Below, piece by piece: positions 52,017-63,857 of a DNA stretch of 63,857 nt (within the stretch, counting starts at the first letter, position 1; each line of letters starts with the position of its first letter). Below the pieces are notes generated by a model, which saw only the letters and a program-made list of their open reading frames with translations, was not told the DNA's origin and did not search any database. The position numbers and the translations under genes were made by a program. The stretch spans positions 22,444,144 through 22,508,000 of the forward strand of contig NC_086106.1 in NCBI RefSeq assembly GCF_963921235.1. Reading direction: 5' to 3'. Origin of the DNA: Mobula hypostoma (lineage: Eukaryota).

Positions 52017-52560
52017 ATAATCATCATCATCATCAGGTGCCGTGCCCAGATTGAGCTTTTTCTGCCTAGGCCAGACACTCCTGTTTTGGGTCAAGTGGAT
52101 TAATTCATTGGTATTCATTTCCGGCTCTCTGGCTGCTGTCTCCATCATCATGACTTTGTCTTCCTCTTGCTTTCTTCCCTTCAATCTTTCCCATAATTAC
52201 CGTGCATTCTAACTGGTCTTTCCTAATCACATGTCCAAAGAAGTTGCCTTGCCTTTTCATGATCTCATACATTATTTTTTTGTGTGTGTGTGTGTTTGCT
52301 CTGTTCATGATATCATTATTAGATATTCGTTTCGTCCATGATATTTTTTGTAATCATCCTCAAGGACCACGACTCTGCTGCTACAATCCGTTTCCTCATG
52401 TTACTAGATATTGCCCAACATTCTGAACCATATAACATAACTGGATAAACGTAACATTTCAGTACTCTGAGGCGGGTTGTAATGCCTAGTTTAGTCTTCA
52501 AGCATAATAACCCATTAAAAACACTTCTACTGAAGTTCATCTCTTACGTTTGAAACGTTG
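52017..52560 (-). mobile_element. RTE-clade (BovB-like) LINE 3' fragment
   Basis: RLRVLKCYVYPVMLYGSECW; FFGHVIRKDQLE..GKIEGKKARGRQ; (ATG)n tail. Confidence 0.85.
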
Positions 52561-53134
52561 TACAGTCTACAACAGGTATCCTTTTTCTGTAATGTCCAGC
52601 AGCAAGTGATCTCCATTTAATAGTTCTTCGATATTATTGAAAGTCACATAATATAAGGGAGTAGAGTGAAAACAGGGCAGATAGTCTAGTAAATTAACTA
52701 GACCACTGAATATATACTGTGAAGTTTGCTGTTTTGCAACAGTTGTAGAGTGCAGTACAATAATATTATAAATTACTTTAGGAAATTATATAAATTAAAT
52801 TAGCGCATAAAGAGAGCAATATAGTGTTGTAATGTTCATCGGTTAAATCTCCATTCAGAAATCTTATGGCGCAGGGGAAGAAGCTGTCTTAAACATTGAG
52901 TTAGAAGCAAAGCTATGAAGAAAATTGCAGGGATCTTGAGAAAGAAGGACCAGGTGTGGCAAGGTTCAAAACTTAAGATTAAGGACGAGGCAAAAGTAAC
53001 TTTGCTATTAGTCTGCTCTTTATAGGTCATGGACAATCCATAGGAAGGAGCACTCTGGGAGCTTAGAGAAATAAAATAATTTATAATTTACGCAACTTTC
53101 CTATCAAACTCAATCTTGATAGAACAATACTAGA

Positions 53135-54730
53135 TGGCAAGGTGGCGCCAGTGCACCACTGCAACATTCTCAAAGTTACATACAATACCTTGAAATATAC
53201 TTTTAGAATTGCTCTCACTGTAACCTGCATTTAATTTTCCTTTGTTTAAGCAAGGCACTTTTAATTTGATTTAATGGACTACAGATTTTACTGTCTTCTG
53301 GAGGATTTGCAAACTGAACTCTCAAACAAGCAGCCACAGGACCTTTAAGTGGACGAAAGCACATTGCCATTGCCAGAAGATGGGGCGGGGACACGATTCC
53401 AAGCCAGACTGGAACAAAAGGAACAAGAACCCATCTACCCAGCATCTTGATATCAAACACGAAGTCATTAGCAAACAAAATTGAGGACCAGATGATAAGT
53501 TTCATGTATCAAACGAAAATGAGAGTGTGTTGTGTTCTGTTTTACCAAGAGATGACTTACATCCAACATGCCAAAAACAGCAATGAGTCTCAAAGGCTTC
53601 TCGACACAGAGGATAGACCGAACACATGATTTGAACAAAGCAAAAGGTGGAGTTGTGTGTTTCATGATAAACTCTGTGATACTCCAATGTAGAGGTTTGT
53701 CAAACTCGTATTCCCCTGACCGTGAATACCCAATGATCAAATGTTGTAGGTTCTATTTACCAAGGGCGGTCTCATCTGTGATCCTGACCACAGTTTGCAT
53801 ACAGCCAGCGGCTGACTATGGTCAAGCACTTGAGACACTGCATGAGGCAGTCACCGAACAGCAGTCCATCCTAACACATTTCATATCCGAGTCTGGAATT
53901 CCAATCAGACTTGTTTAAAGAATTCCCTGCCTAATTATCATCAGCATATAACCTAGTGCACCAGAGGTCTCAACACACCAGACCACTGTCATACTAAAGT
54001 AAACAATGTCTCCTGTTCCATGCACAGACTACCTGTTGGGAAATCTGATCACTTGACTGTCCTTCACCTACCTGCATACAGGCAGAGACTAAAGAGCAAG
54101 ACTCCAGAGATTACGACAATGAAAAGACTATCACGTGAGGCAGAGGATCGGCAACAGGATTAATATAAGTTGGTGGACTGGGCCATCTATGGATCTGAAT
54201 GAATACACCCGTTGTAGATGAGTACGTCCCCACAAAATCAGTCTCCCCTAGTCATAAGCCTCCGATGAACCAAGATATCTGCAATCTGTTGAGGTACAAA
54301 TCAGAGGCATTCAAGTCTGGTGATCAAGAAAATTACAAGAGGTCCAGGTAAGGTCTCTTAAAAGCCATTTATGTGCAAAGTGTTAATTCCAGACTAAACA
54401 TGAATCAATGAAGCATTCTCTGCTCACTTTGACCATCACATCTCCCACATCCTCCGATGACCCTATAATTTCAGTCTGAGGCCATCGTGCGAGCATCCTT
54501 TAGGACGGTGAACTTATGGAAAGCATTCAACCCAGATGGAGTACCTGGTCAGCTACTAAAGATCTAGCTGATCAACTGGCTGCAATGTCCATTAATATTT
54601 TTAACCTCTTGATTTGGCAATCTGATGTACCCACTTGTTTCAAGCTGGATTCAATTACACAGGTGCACAAGAAGAATGTAGTAACCTGCCCCAATGACTA
54701 TCATCCAGTAGCACTTAAATCCACAGTCGT
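53135..54730 (+). mobile_element. Rex1/Babar-like LINE 5' part (APE and RT N-terminus), decayed
   Basis: LPSILISNTKSLANKIED; KAKGGVVCFMIN; RFYLPRAVSSVILTTV; KSDHLTV; NDYHPVALKS. Confidence 0.75.
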
Positions 54731-55039
54731 TTCTGGATGTGCTATTACAGTAAACGTATTCAACACTTCGGGAACTTTCGCATTGGTGTTGCTGCTTCAA
54801 ACTTTAATAAATATGAAGAAAAACTCAAATTAGACAGATATCATATGGAAAATAAAACACAAACCGCAGGAGATCTATGAGCCACCAAGATGATGCGGGA
54901 AATAATAAAACACGTTTTCTCCAATGCATTCTCAAGTAAGATGGAGAATTCCATGCACCCTGATTAAAACAATTCAGAAAAGGGAAGAGAACAGAAAGAA
55001 CTTTTATTTCGGAAACCTCAGATGCTTAGCATTTAAAGG

Positions 55040-57140
55040 TTGCATGGATGAACTACACCAATTGTTCATCCCAGTTTGGCAAATGAATAAATCAAGGAAG
55101 GTAGTGCACCCGTGGCTGACAAGAGAAATTAGGAATAGCATCAATTCCAAAGAAGAAGCATACAAATTAGCCAGAGAAAGTAGCTCACCTGAGGACTGGG
55201 AGAAATTCGGAGTTCAGCAGAGGAGGGCAAAGGGCTTAATTAGGAAGGGGAAAAAGATTATGAGAGAAAACTGGCAGGGAACATAAAAACGGACTGTAAA
55301 AGCTTTTATAGATATGTAAAAAGGGAAAGACTGGTAAAGACAAATGTCGGTCCCCTGCAGACAGAAACAGGTGAATTGATTATGGGGAGCAAGGACATGT
55401 CAGACCAATTGAATAATTACTTTGGTTCTGTCTTCACTAAGGAGGACATAAATAATCTTCCAGAAATAGCAGGGGACAGAGGGTCCAGTAAGATGGAGGA
55501 ACTGAGCGAAATACATGTTAGTATGGAAGTGGTGTTAGGTAAATTGAAGGGATTGAAGGCAGATAAATCCCCAGGGCCAGATGGTTTGCATCCTAGAGTG
55601 CTTAAGGAAGTAGCCCAAGAAATAGTGGATGCATTAGTGATAATTTTTCAAAACTCGTTAGATTCTGGGCTAGTTCCTGAGGATTGGAGGGTGGCTAATG
55701 TAACCCCACTTTTTTTAAAAAGGAGGGAGAGAGAAACCGGGGAATTATAGACAGGTTAGCCTAACGTCGGTGGTGGGGAAACTGCTGGAGTTACTTATCA
55801 AGGATGTGATAACAGCACATTTGGAAAGCGGTGAAATCATCGGACAAAGTCAGCATGGATTTGTGAAAGGAAAATCACATCTGACGAATCTCATAGAATT
55901 TTTTGAGGATATAACTAGTAGAGCGGATAGGGGAGAACCAGTGGATGTGGTATATTTGGATTTTCAAAAGGTTTTTGACAAGGTCCCACACAGGAGATTA
56001 GTGTGCAAACTTAAAACACACGGTATTGGGGGTAAGGTATTGGTGTGGGTGGAGAATTGGTTAGCAGACAGGAAGCAAAGAGTGGGAATAAACGGGACCT
56101 TATCAGAATGGCAGGCAGTGACTAGTGGGGTACCTCAAGGCTCACTGCTGGGACCCCAGTTGTTTACAATATATATTAATTACTTGGATGAGGGAATTGA
56201 ATGCAGCATCCCCAAGTTTGCGGATGACACGAAGCTGGGTGGCAGTGTTAGCTGTGAGGAGGATGCTAAGAGGATGCAGGGTGAATTGGATAGGTTGGGT
56301 TAGTGGGCAAATTCATGGCAGATGCAAATTAATGTGGATAAATGTGAAGTTATCCACTTTGGTAGCAAAAATAGGAAAACCGATTATTATCTGAATGGTG
56401 GCCGATTAGGAAAAGGGGAGGTGCAACGAGACCTTGGTGTCATTATACGGCAGTCATTGAAAGTGGGCACGCAGGTACAGCAGGCGGTGAAAAAGGCGAA
56501 TGGTATGCTGGCATTTATAGCGAGAAGATTCGAGTACAAGAGCAGGGAGGTACTACTGCAGTTGTACAAGGCCTTGGTGAGACCACACCTGGAGTATTTT
56601 GTGCAGTTTTGGTCCCCTAATCTGAGGAAAAACATCCTTGCCATACAGGGAGTACAAAGAAGGTTCACCAGTTTGATTCCTGGGATGGCAGGACTTTCAT
56701 ATGAAGAAAGACTGGATGAACTGGGCTTGTACTCGTTGGAATTTAGAGATTGAGGGGGGATATGATTGAAACGTATACAATCCTTAATGGATTGGACAGG
56801 CTAGATGCAGGAAGATTGTTCCCGATGTTGTGTAAGTCCAGAACGAGGGGCCGCAGTTTGAGGATAGAGGGGAAGCCTTTTAGGACCGAGATGAGGAAAA
56901 ACTTCTTCACACATGGGAATAGTGAATCTGTGGAATTCTCTGCCACAGGAAACATTTGAGGCCAGTTCATTAGCTATGTTTAAAAGGAAGTTAGATATGG
57001 CCCTTGTGGCTACAGGGGTCAGGGGGTATGGAGGGAAGGCTGGGTTCTGAGTTGGATGATCAGCCATGATCATAATAAATGGCGGTGCAGGTTCGAAGGG
57101 CCGAATGGCTTACTCCTGCACCCATTTTCTATGTTTCTAT
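55040..57140 (+). mobile_element. CR1-clade LINE, 5'-truncated, relatively young
   Basis: KSPGPDGLHPRVLKE; [13 protein letters not shown]; KFADDTKL; RPHLEYFVQFWSP; tttctatgtttctat tail. Confidence 0.95.
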
Positions 57141-57679
57141 ATTTCTTAAACAACCATCTGACCAGTCAACATTTCTCAGTCTCAGTACTGTGATGAACAT
57201 TTTATAATGCAAGAGGCTAAAACTACTAGCGGCAAAATGTATAGGGGGATAACATCTCGATAAAACTTCTGTCAATTGGGTAAAGAAAAAAAAAACATCT
57301 GATCATCATTGTTACGATTTGTTATTCAATAAGGAATTGCACTCCAGAGATTTACAGAACCAAGAAAATTATTTTGGCAGTTTATGAGTTCGGCGGCTCT
57401 CTCAAATTGCTCCTTGAATTCAATTTATTTCTTCCACGTAGATTAACAAAATATGATGCGATTTCTTTATTATAGCAACATTTCCCCATTATATAATTGT
57501 CGTTAACTTTTTATATCGCAGTAGTTCCTTGTAATAATTGGTAACGGGAGTAAAGATTGCTTACACATATTTCAAATGAAACAGGTTTGCCTGAAAATAA
57601 AGTCTCTTTAGCTTCTTTGGGAAGCTTTTTCTAACGGTCATCGATAAACCAGTCATGATCTTCCTTTATATTCCTGCAG

Positions 57680-57920
57680 AATCCATTTCTCCAGCGTCTC
57701 AGAGATCTGAACTATAAACAACACTTGCCGACACTTTCACTTTAAGCTGTGAATATCATGTGTATTGCACAACACATTACACTGGTATCGGCAGCCTCCA
57801 GGGCAGGTACCCATGTCGCTGCTTCAGAAACAAACAGTTGGATCACAAGCAAAGAAAGACAGGAATAGCATGGAAACGAATTACTGGTTTTCTCGATTCT
57901 GATAACAAAATCAGCCGGTT
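57680..57920 (+). pseudogene. STCRdV: Leaderless 'supporting' TCR delta V exon of NAR-TCR, pseudogene, 3'-truncated
   Basis: Polypyrimidine tract and acceptor ttcctttatattcctgcAG at 57679. Phase-1 frame (E)SISPASQRSEL*TTLADTFTLSCEYHVYCTTH, then a -1 frameshift to LHWYRQPPGQVPMSLLQKQTVGSQAKKD, then RITGFLDSDNKISRL. Extra Cys in CDR1 at 57766. No leader exon was seen upstream. The second Cys and the RSS are absent. Confidence 0.85.
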
Positions 57921-60900
57921 GTTGTAACAGATCAGCGGGTGACCGATTAGAATTATTGCCTTGACAGCAGATCGAGCAGGCTGAGACGAAGTCGCGGATG
58001 CCATTCCCCATGGTGCGGGGGGTGGGGGGAGGGGCGAGGGGGGGTGTGCTCGCCAGAGCCACCGACTGATGAAAGCCTGAGAACACCTAGTTCCAGGCTG
58101 ACAAGATAACAGGGAAGAATGACCGGACTACAGTACCTGTGAGCGGACAGAGCTGGGAACATAAACACGGTTACTGGGGCATTGAGTAGGCGCTGCTTCG
58201 CTCTGTTGAGCAGCAAGCAGAATGGATTCAATATGCACAGGGGTCCAGTCTCACACCGACGGATTACTTGATAAAGATTCTGAGGAAATCGCAGAGGAAA
58301 TTCCAGACGAGTTAAGTCACAGGGTTCCGACGTGATTCTGACGGTACTGACGGGGATCTGTAGTGGTGAATACCGGGGTGATTAACGAATATTACTGATG
58401 CAGAACTTCCGATGAACAACAAGCAAAGCACCTCTGTAACCCGGAGACTTTTTTGGTAGCCAGCTCCAAACAAGAATCAGGCGCCGAAATCAATGTGCCC
58501 AATGGAACACAGGAATAACGGTATAACCGTTTTACGAATCAACAGACCGGATCGTGAACCGGAATGCTGACTTCAAGGACCGGACCCTGACAGTACCCAC
58601 CGTAACCCACCAACGGGACCATCCTGACGATCAACAGACTTGCCTGGATTATCGGCGACCGATCAGGATGGTTTGGTTCCAACAAGAGGGGACCCTGGAT
58701 GGTAAGAGTTAAAAGACAGTGCCTGTGAAGCTCGGTCGATATTTTGACTAGTCCGTTCTGTTGCAAAGAGGGCGCTGGTAACGGACCCAAATGCAAGATA
58801 CAGACACTGAAGTACGAAGAACTGCGAAATTAGTTTATCAAGAATGTAAGGGAGTAGGAAACCAAGCATTGATCAGAGGGTAATCCAGGAGAGAGCAAAA
58901 GCAAAAGCGGGAAGAAACGTAGATGGACAGGGACATATGCCCTGGAGAGGACTGGGATTCAGTTTCTAGGCTAGGACTTCGACTAGGAACACTGGACACG
59001 GAGGTGAACCTTAGAACTAGGAGTCTGGACACGGAGTCCAACCCAGAAACTGGACAGGAACTCGGAACCTGGGTCTAGGCTAGGTCTCGGGACTCCGATC
59101 TTGGCTAGGACTCGGGACTAGGATGCACTCGACTGGAAATTGGATCGGACTCGACACAGGACTGGGACGCAAAGCCTTGACATGGACTGAACTAGGGTCT
59201 TGACGCTTGGACACGACTCGGCCCTTGACTCAGGCTAGACACAAACACAAAACACTGAGCCAGGCCTCTTCCTTGGATACAAGACGTTGAGCCGGGTCCT
59301 CTTTCAGACATAGAACACAGAGCCAGGACTCCTCCTTAGGTACAGGACATAGGGCCGAGACTTTTTCCATACACAGATAACTGAACACCAAGAGATAGAT
59401 CTCTACTCAATGTAGTGGTAATCGGCCGGAAATACCCAGCGGAGGCAAGGACAGAAAGAAATGGCTACCAACTCAACATATCGGCAAACGGTCGTACCTA
59501 CCAAGCGAAGGCGAGGACACAAAGAAACATTTCCAAACAACGATAGACTGTACCTAATCTTGACGCGACAAGGGTGCAGTCTCACTCCGGCAGCTTACTT
59601 GACTGGGATTCTGACGAAGTTGCAGACGAGGTTCCAGACGTGGAAACGCATGGGGTTCCGAAGGGATTCTGACGGTACTGTCGAGGAACTGCCGTGGTAA
59701 CTGCTGGGGTGAGTGACGGCTGTTAGTGATGCTGATTTTCCGATGAAGAACCAGCAAAGAGCCGCTGTAATGCGGAGCATTTTATATAGCCAGCCCCAAA
59801 CGAAAATCACGCGGATCAATCAAGACGCCCAACGGAACACAGGGAAAACTGAATAGCCGGAGTACGGGACCCGACGGTGAAATGGAATGTCAAATTCACA
59901 CATCGGACCGCGACACCCACTGCCCTGAACCCACGAGACAGTGAGCAGAGAGAATGACATCCGATACGTTAGGGGTCTCAGGGAAGCAAAATCATCTGGA
60001 GAGTGCATCAAGTTTTTCATTCTTGGAACCAGGGTGGAAATACAGAGTAAAATTGAATCTTCAGAAAAATAGGGGTCAACGATCTTGACGGGAATTGAGA
60101 CTCCAGACACTACGGATATATTCCAGATTCTTATGGTTATTCCGCACCAAGTATCGCACCTAGGATCCCTGCAACCTCTACCTCAACTCCACCAGCGCTA
60201 GAACGAGCAAGTCCCGTTTTCCGATCGCTTAATTCTGCTCCGTCAGAGTGAGGAGCTGAGAGAAGAAGGCGCAGGTGCGCACTCAGAGAGAACAGCTCCT
60301 ACGCCAATGTCAGACGCATAAACCTTCACAATGAACTGCCCGTCCGTGCCGGTTGAATCAGGATGGGGGCAGGGTTGGAACGTTGCATTAGGACTGAGAA
60401 TGTTTTTTTTTCAGCAGCAGGGGAGCAAGAGAAACTGACAGCAGATCAGGAAACAGTAGTGATTGGTGCACCACTGTTCTGTGATGTCTAAAGAGCGGCC
60501 ATAGAACTTATTAAATTACAAGAAGCTTTGCTACTCCGATAGACTAAGTTCGGGGTCACTCGACCACCGCCTTGCCCTTCTGTTGGTTCATCTGAATGGA
60601 ACTGCCTGAAATTACATACCCCGGGAGGAGAATGTATTGCGATGAAACTCACATCTCTCAGCCTTCACAAACAGCTGTTTCTCCAGAAGGCACTGGAAAA
60701 CTTTGGGGACGTGACCTGTGTGTTCAGGAATAGATTTAGCAAAAACAATCTAAGTGTCTTCGAGATAGACAGAAACAATTTGGTTCAACATGTACCTGAG
60801 ATCTTCATTTCCCAGGGATTTGAAGACGAGGGGGCATTGGTGCGACCTAATGGTATAACCAGGTATCTGCAGCGGCCAGAGGTGGTTTGCAGGCCGTCTT

Positions 60901-62587
60901 CCATTTGTCTCCTTCGCAGATGTGGCCAAGATGATAGCCGTTATGAATATGATCCTTGGTGAAAACAAAGGGTGCTTGTGGTATTTCAACTGCCCAAGTC
61001 ATGAGCAGAAGCCTTTTTTGCAGTGATTTTATTGAGATCCCGGTAATCAATGCAGAGATGTAAGGAACCGTCCTTCTTTTCAGCAAAGGGAAAAACGGCA
61101 CAAGGAGGGGAAGAAGGCTGCCGGGTAATACCCTCAGCCAGATACTCTTGAATGTACTTATTCATGGCTCCTGTTCCAAGTAGGGACTGGGAGTACAGGT
61201 GACGACTTGGGGGAAATATACCAGGCAATAAATCAAAATCGCAGTCGATTGGACAATGAGGCGGCAGGGAAGCCGTCCGGGACTTGCTGAACATAGCCGT
61301 GAGATCTATGAAATCAGGAGCGATGACACTAAGCTGCGGAAATTTCTCGGGAAGATCTGTGCTTGATGACAAAGGGATCTGTGCATGGCGGAGTCAGTGG
61401 AAGGAACAGAATGGGCTCCAGCCTACAATCTTGCGACTGAGCCAGTCAATGTGGGAGCAGTGTTTAATCAACTAGGGTGGCCCATGACAATTGTAACTTC
61501 AAGAGAGTCAATAATGTAAAGGGTTTACAGTTCATGATAGTTTCCGAATAAACTGAAACTCACCGGGGCCGGGACATGGGTGATGTTAGCCAGTCTCTGA
61601 CCAATCAAGGCGTTGACCATCAATCGTGAATGGAGAGCAAATATGGGTAACCCCACTGGGCAGCCAAGCCGGAATCAACAAAACTCCCTATCCGCACCAA
61701 GATCGACCGAGGCGGAGACTTCTCGCCATTGGGGGTTCCTCTCCAGAGAATCAGGTGTGTGAGAGAGAGTCTTGTCGAGGAGAACAGGACGGGTGTGACG
61801 TTCACCAGTAATGAACGTCCTACTGGCGAGCGCAGGCTTTTACTGGGCAGGTGGCGATGAAGTGGCCTGATTGGCCACAGTACAGGCAGTAACGGTACTG
61901 TTTCTCCTTTGTGTTTCAGTCGGCTTCAGGCAGTTACGGTCAACCTGCATAGCTACGGGCTCTGGAACGGGAGGTATACATAGCGCCAAATCGCATGGGA
62001 ATGCAGACGGACGAGGAGTTTGGAATTATCTCGGTGTCCCCAGGAACCCTCTGGAACCCCTCCCTCTACGGCGCTGCTGAACGCGAACATGTTTCGGATG
62101 GCCAAATCGACCAGGGCTTCAAAGGTAATAGGAGGGTCCGGAGTGACCAGCTGATCTTGGATGGCTTCGAAGAGGCCTTTACGGAGAGGTGACCTACAGT
62201 GCCTCCTCGGAAATTTTGCTGGTTGTATTTTTTTTTTTAATGAGTGTGCACTGGAAAGAAGAACAAAAAAAAACAAACAAACAAATAAAAAAAAAAAAGC
62301 GGCGTTTACCGGGTTCACTTGAGTATTTCTTTGGAGGAGGCAGAAGGGAAGAGCACGCGAGTCGTGGTGGGGGTGGCGGTAAGTGCAATCGCAAACAGTT
62401 CGTGGGCGCTCTGAAACAGGTGCAGTGACCCAGTGCGGTCCGAAAGTGCGGTTACATTGGCAGAAGATATTTCACACACTTAACACGGCTTTCAGCGGTT
62501 TTTGGTGTCTCCCCAGCACCAATCCCTGTTGTTCCAGGATAGCTCTCGGACGACCGGGTCTATTGGATCCATACTGGGCAGATTGTA
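57921..62587 (-). mobile_element. Ty3/gypsy chromovirus-type internal region (gag from MDP.., protease, RT, RNase H, integrase zinc-binding part), 3'-truncated, interrupted at ~58250-59890
   Basis: Minus strand: ATGGATCCA gag start just inside the LTR; DLIVEKDGSLHLCIDYRDLNKIT-like RT (read EKKDGSLHLCIDYRDLNKIT); FIVKVYASDIGVGAVLS; HKNLEYI; DFVSACSICCQ..LLQ. Confidence 0.85.
58250..59890 (-). repeat. LTR-related sequence (~1.2 copies of a ~1.34-kb unit) inserted within gypsy pol
   Basis: 58250-58915 resembles 63180-63857; 59300-59880 resembles 62840-63470; 58250-58520 resembles 59590-59860. Confidence 0.65.
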
Positions 62588-63857
62588 CTGTCAGGGAGAT
62601 GAAGCAGAGACAAATACCAGACCAAGTGCAGTTGTTGTTGTTTTCTTGTCTTTTTATTGAGTGACAAATCCAGAGGGGCAACGAAGTCGGCGTTAAAGCT
62701 CAGGCGAATATCAGAACATCCAGACAAATCCAGAGTTCAGAATCGGGAAACCGGCTGACTCGATACCCAGAAGGTCATAGTATTGATAGGAATGCCAGAA
62801 AGGCTCTTGGACTGGACTCGGCTGTGGACTCAGACTAGACACAGGACACAAAATCCTCCTCCTTGAGTACAGGACATAGGGCGGGCACTCTTCTTATACA
62901 CGGAGACAGAGCCAGGAAACCTCCTTGTGTACAGGACATAGTGCGGTGACTCTTTCTATACACAGATCACTGAAAACGAAGAGATAGTTGTCCACACAAG
63001 GTAGTGGCAAACGGCGGATCTACCAAGTGGAAGCGAGGACACAAAGAGACAGTTCCAAAATCAAGGTAGCAGCAAACGGCCGGAACTACCAACTGAAGGC
63101 GAGGATAGAAAGAGATAGGTCCAAACAACGATAGACTGCACATTATCCTGACGCGATAAGGGTCCAGTATCACTCCTGCCGCTTACTTGACGGCGATTCT
63201 GACGAAGTCGCCGATGAGGTTCCAGACGAGGTTATTCACGGGGTATCGACGGGATTCTGAAGGTAGTGACGCGGAACTGCCGTGTTGGCAGCCACGGTGA
63301 CTACCGTGGTGACTGCCGGGGAGACCCTCGAATATTACTGATGCCGAGCTTCCGACGACGAACCAACAAAGAGCCGCTGTAACCCGGAGTCTGTTTATGC
63401 AGCCAGCCCCAACCAAGAATCAGGCGCCTCAGTCATTGCGTCCAACGGAACTCAGGAAAAACGGATTAACCACAATACCGAATCCAAGGACTAGATAGTG
63501 AACCAAAATGACGACTTCACGGACTTGATCGTAACAGTAACGTCCCTCCCTGTCTGGGACCCCCCGGCGATCAACAAGCTTGCCCCGATTATCGGTGACC
63601 CGAGCAGGATGGGTGGTGGGGTGTTCAGCAAGAGGGGACAGTGGAAGGCGAGATTTAAAAGACAGTGTCTGTGTCGCTGGGTCCATGTTTTGACTGGTCC
63701 GTTGTGTTGAAAAGGGGGCGCTGGTAGTATACCCACATGTAAGACACAGACACTGAAGTACTAGTAGCTGGACAATGAGTTTATCAAGAATGCAAGGGAA
63801 GTCGGGACGCAAGGATTGATCAGAGGGTAATCCCGGAGAGAACAAAGCAGAAGCGGG
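62588..63857 (-). mobile_element. Long 5' LTR of the gypsy element (continues past the window end)
   Basis: On the minus strand it ends ...CCCTGACA immediately before gtacaatctgcccagtATGGATCC; internally repetitive. Confidence 0.7.

Noticed and set aside
58900-59400. Short spaced GGACT/GGACAC repeats superficially like a CRISPR-type array
   Set aside because: The units are irregular with no constant repeat-spacer structure; they belong to a vertebrate LTR-related repeat.

Overview
This is eukaryotic, non-microbial DNA. The CR1, Penelope, Rex/Babar and RTE repeat content, together with the antigen-receptor segments, points to a cartilaginous fish (shark, ray or skate). About 70-80% of the window by eye is decayed transposon sequence, and most ORFs in the track are TE fragments or noise. 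Hidden among the TEs, all on the + strand, are V(D)J gene segments typical of the V region of a TCR alpha/delta locus. (1) A pseudogenised TCR V at 16281-16812. (2) An apparently intact TCR Valpha/delta with leader exon and 23-bp RSS at 29786-30256. (3) A NAR-TCR-type cassette: a VNAR-like V with an extra FR1 Cys and a 22-bp RSS, a 12/12-RSS D, a 23-RSS J with a splice donor, and 7.8 kb downstream a leaderless 'supporting' TCRdelta V exon with an extra CDR1 Cys (48634-57920). NAR-TCR (doubly rearranging, two V domains) is an established shark system, so the system is not new. This copy is pseudogenised, and its supporting V is cut off at a junction with Ty3/gypsy pol. There are two assembly gaps. 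All calls come from manual translation and motif reading; no database searches were run.
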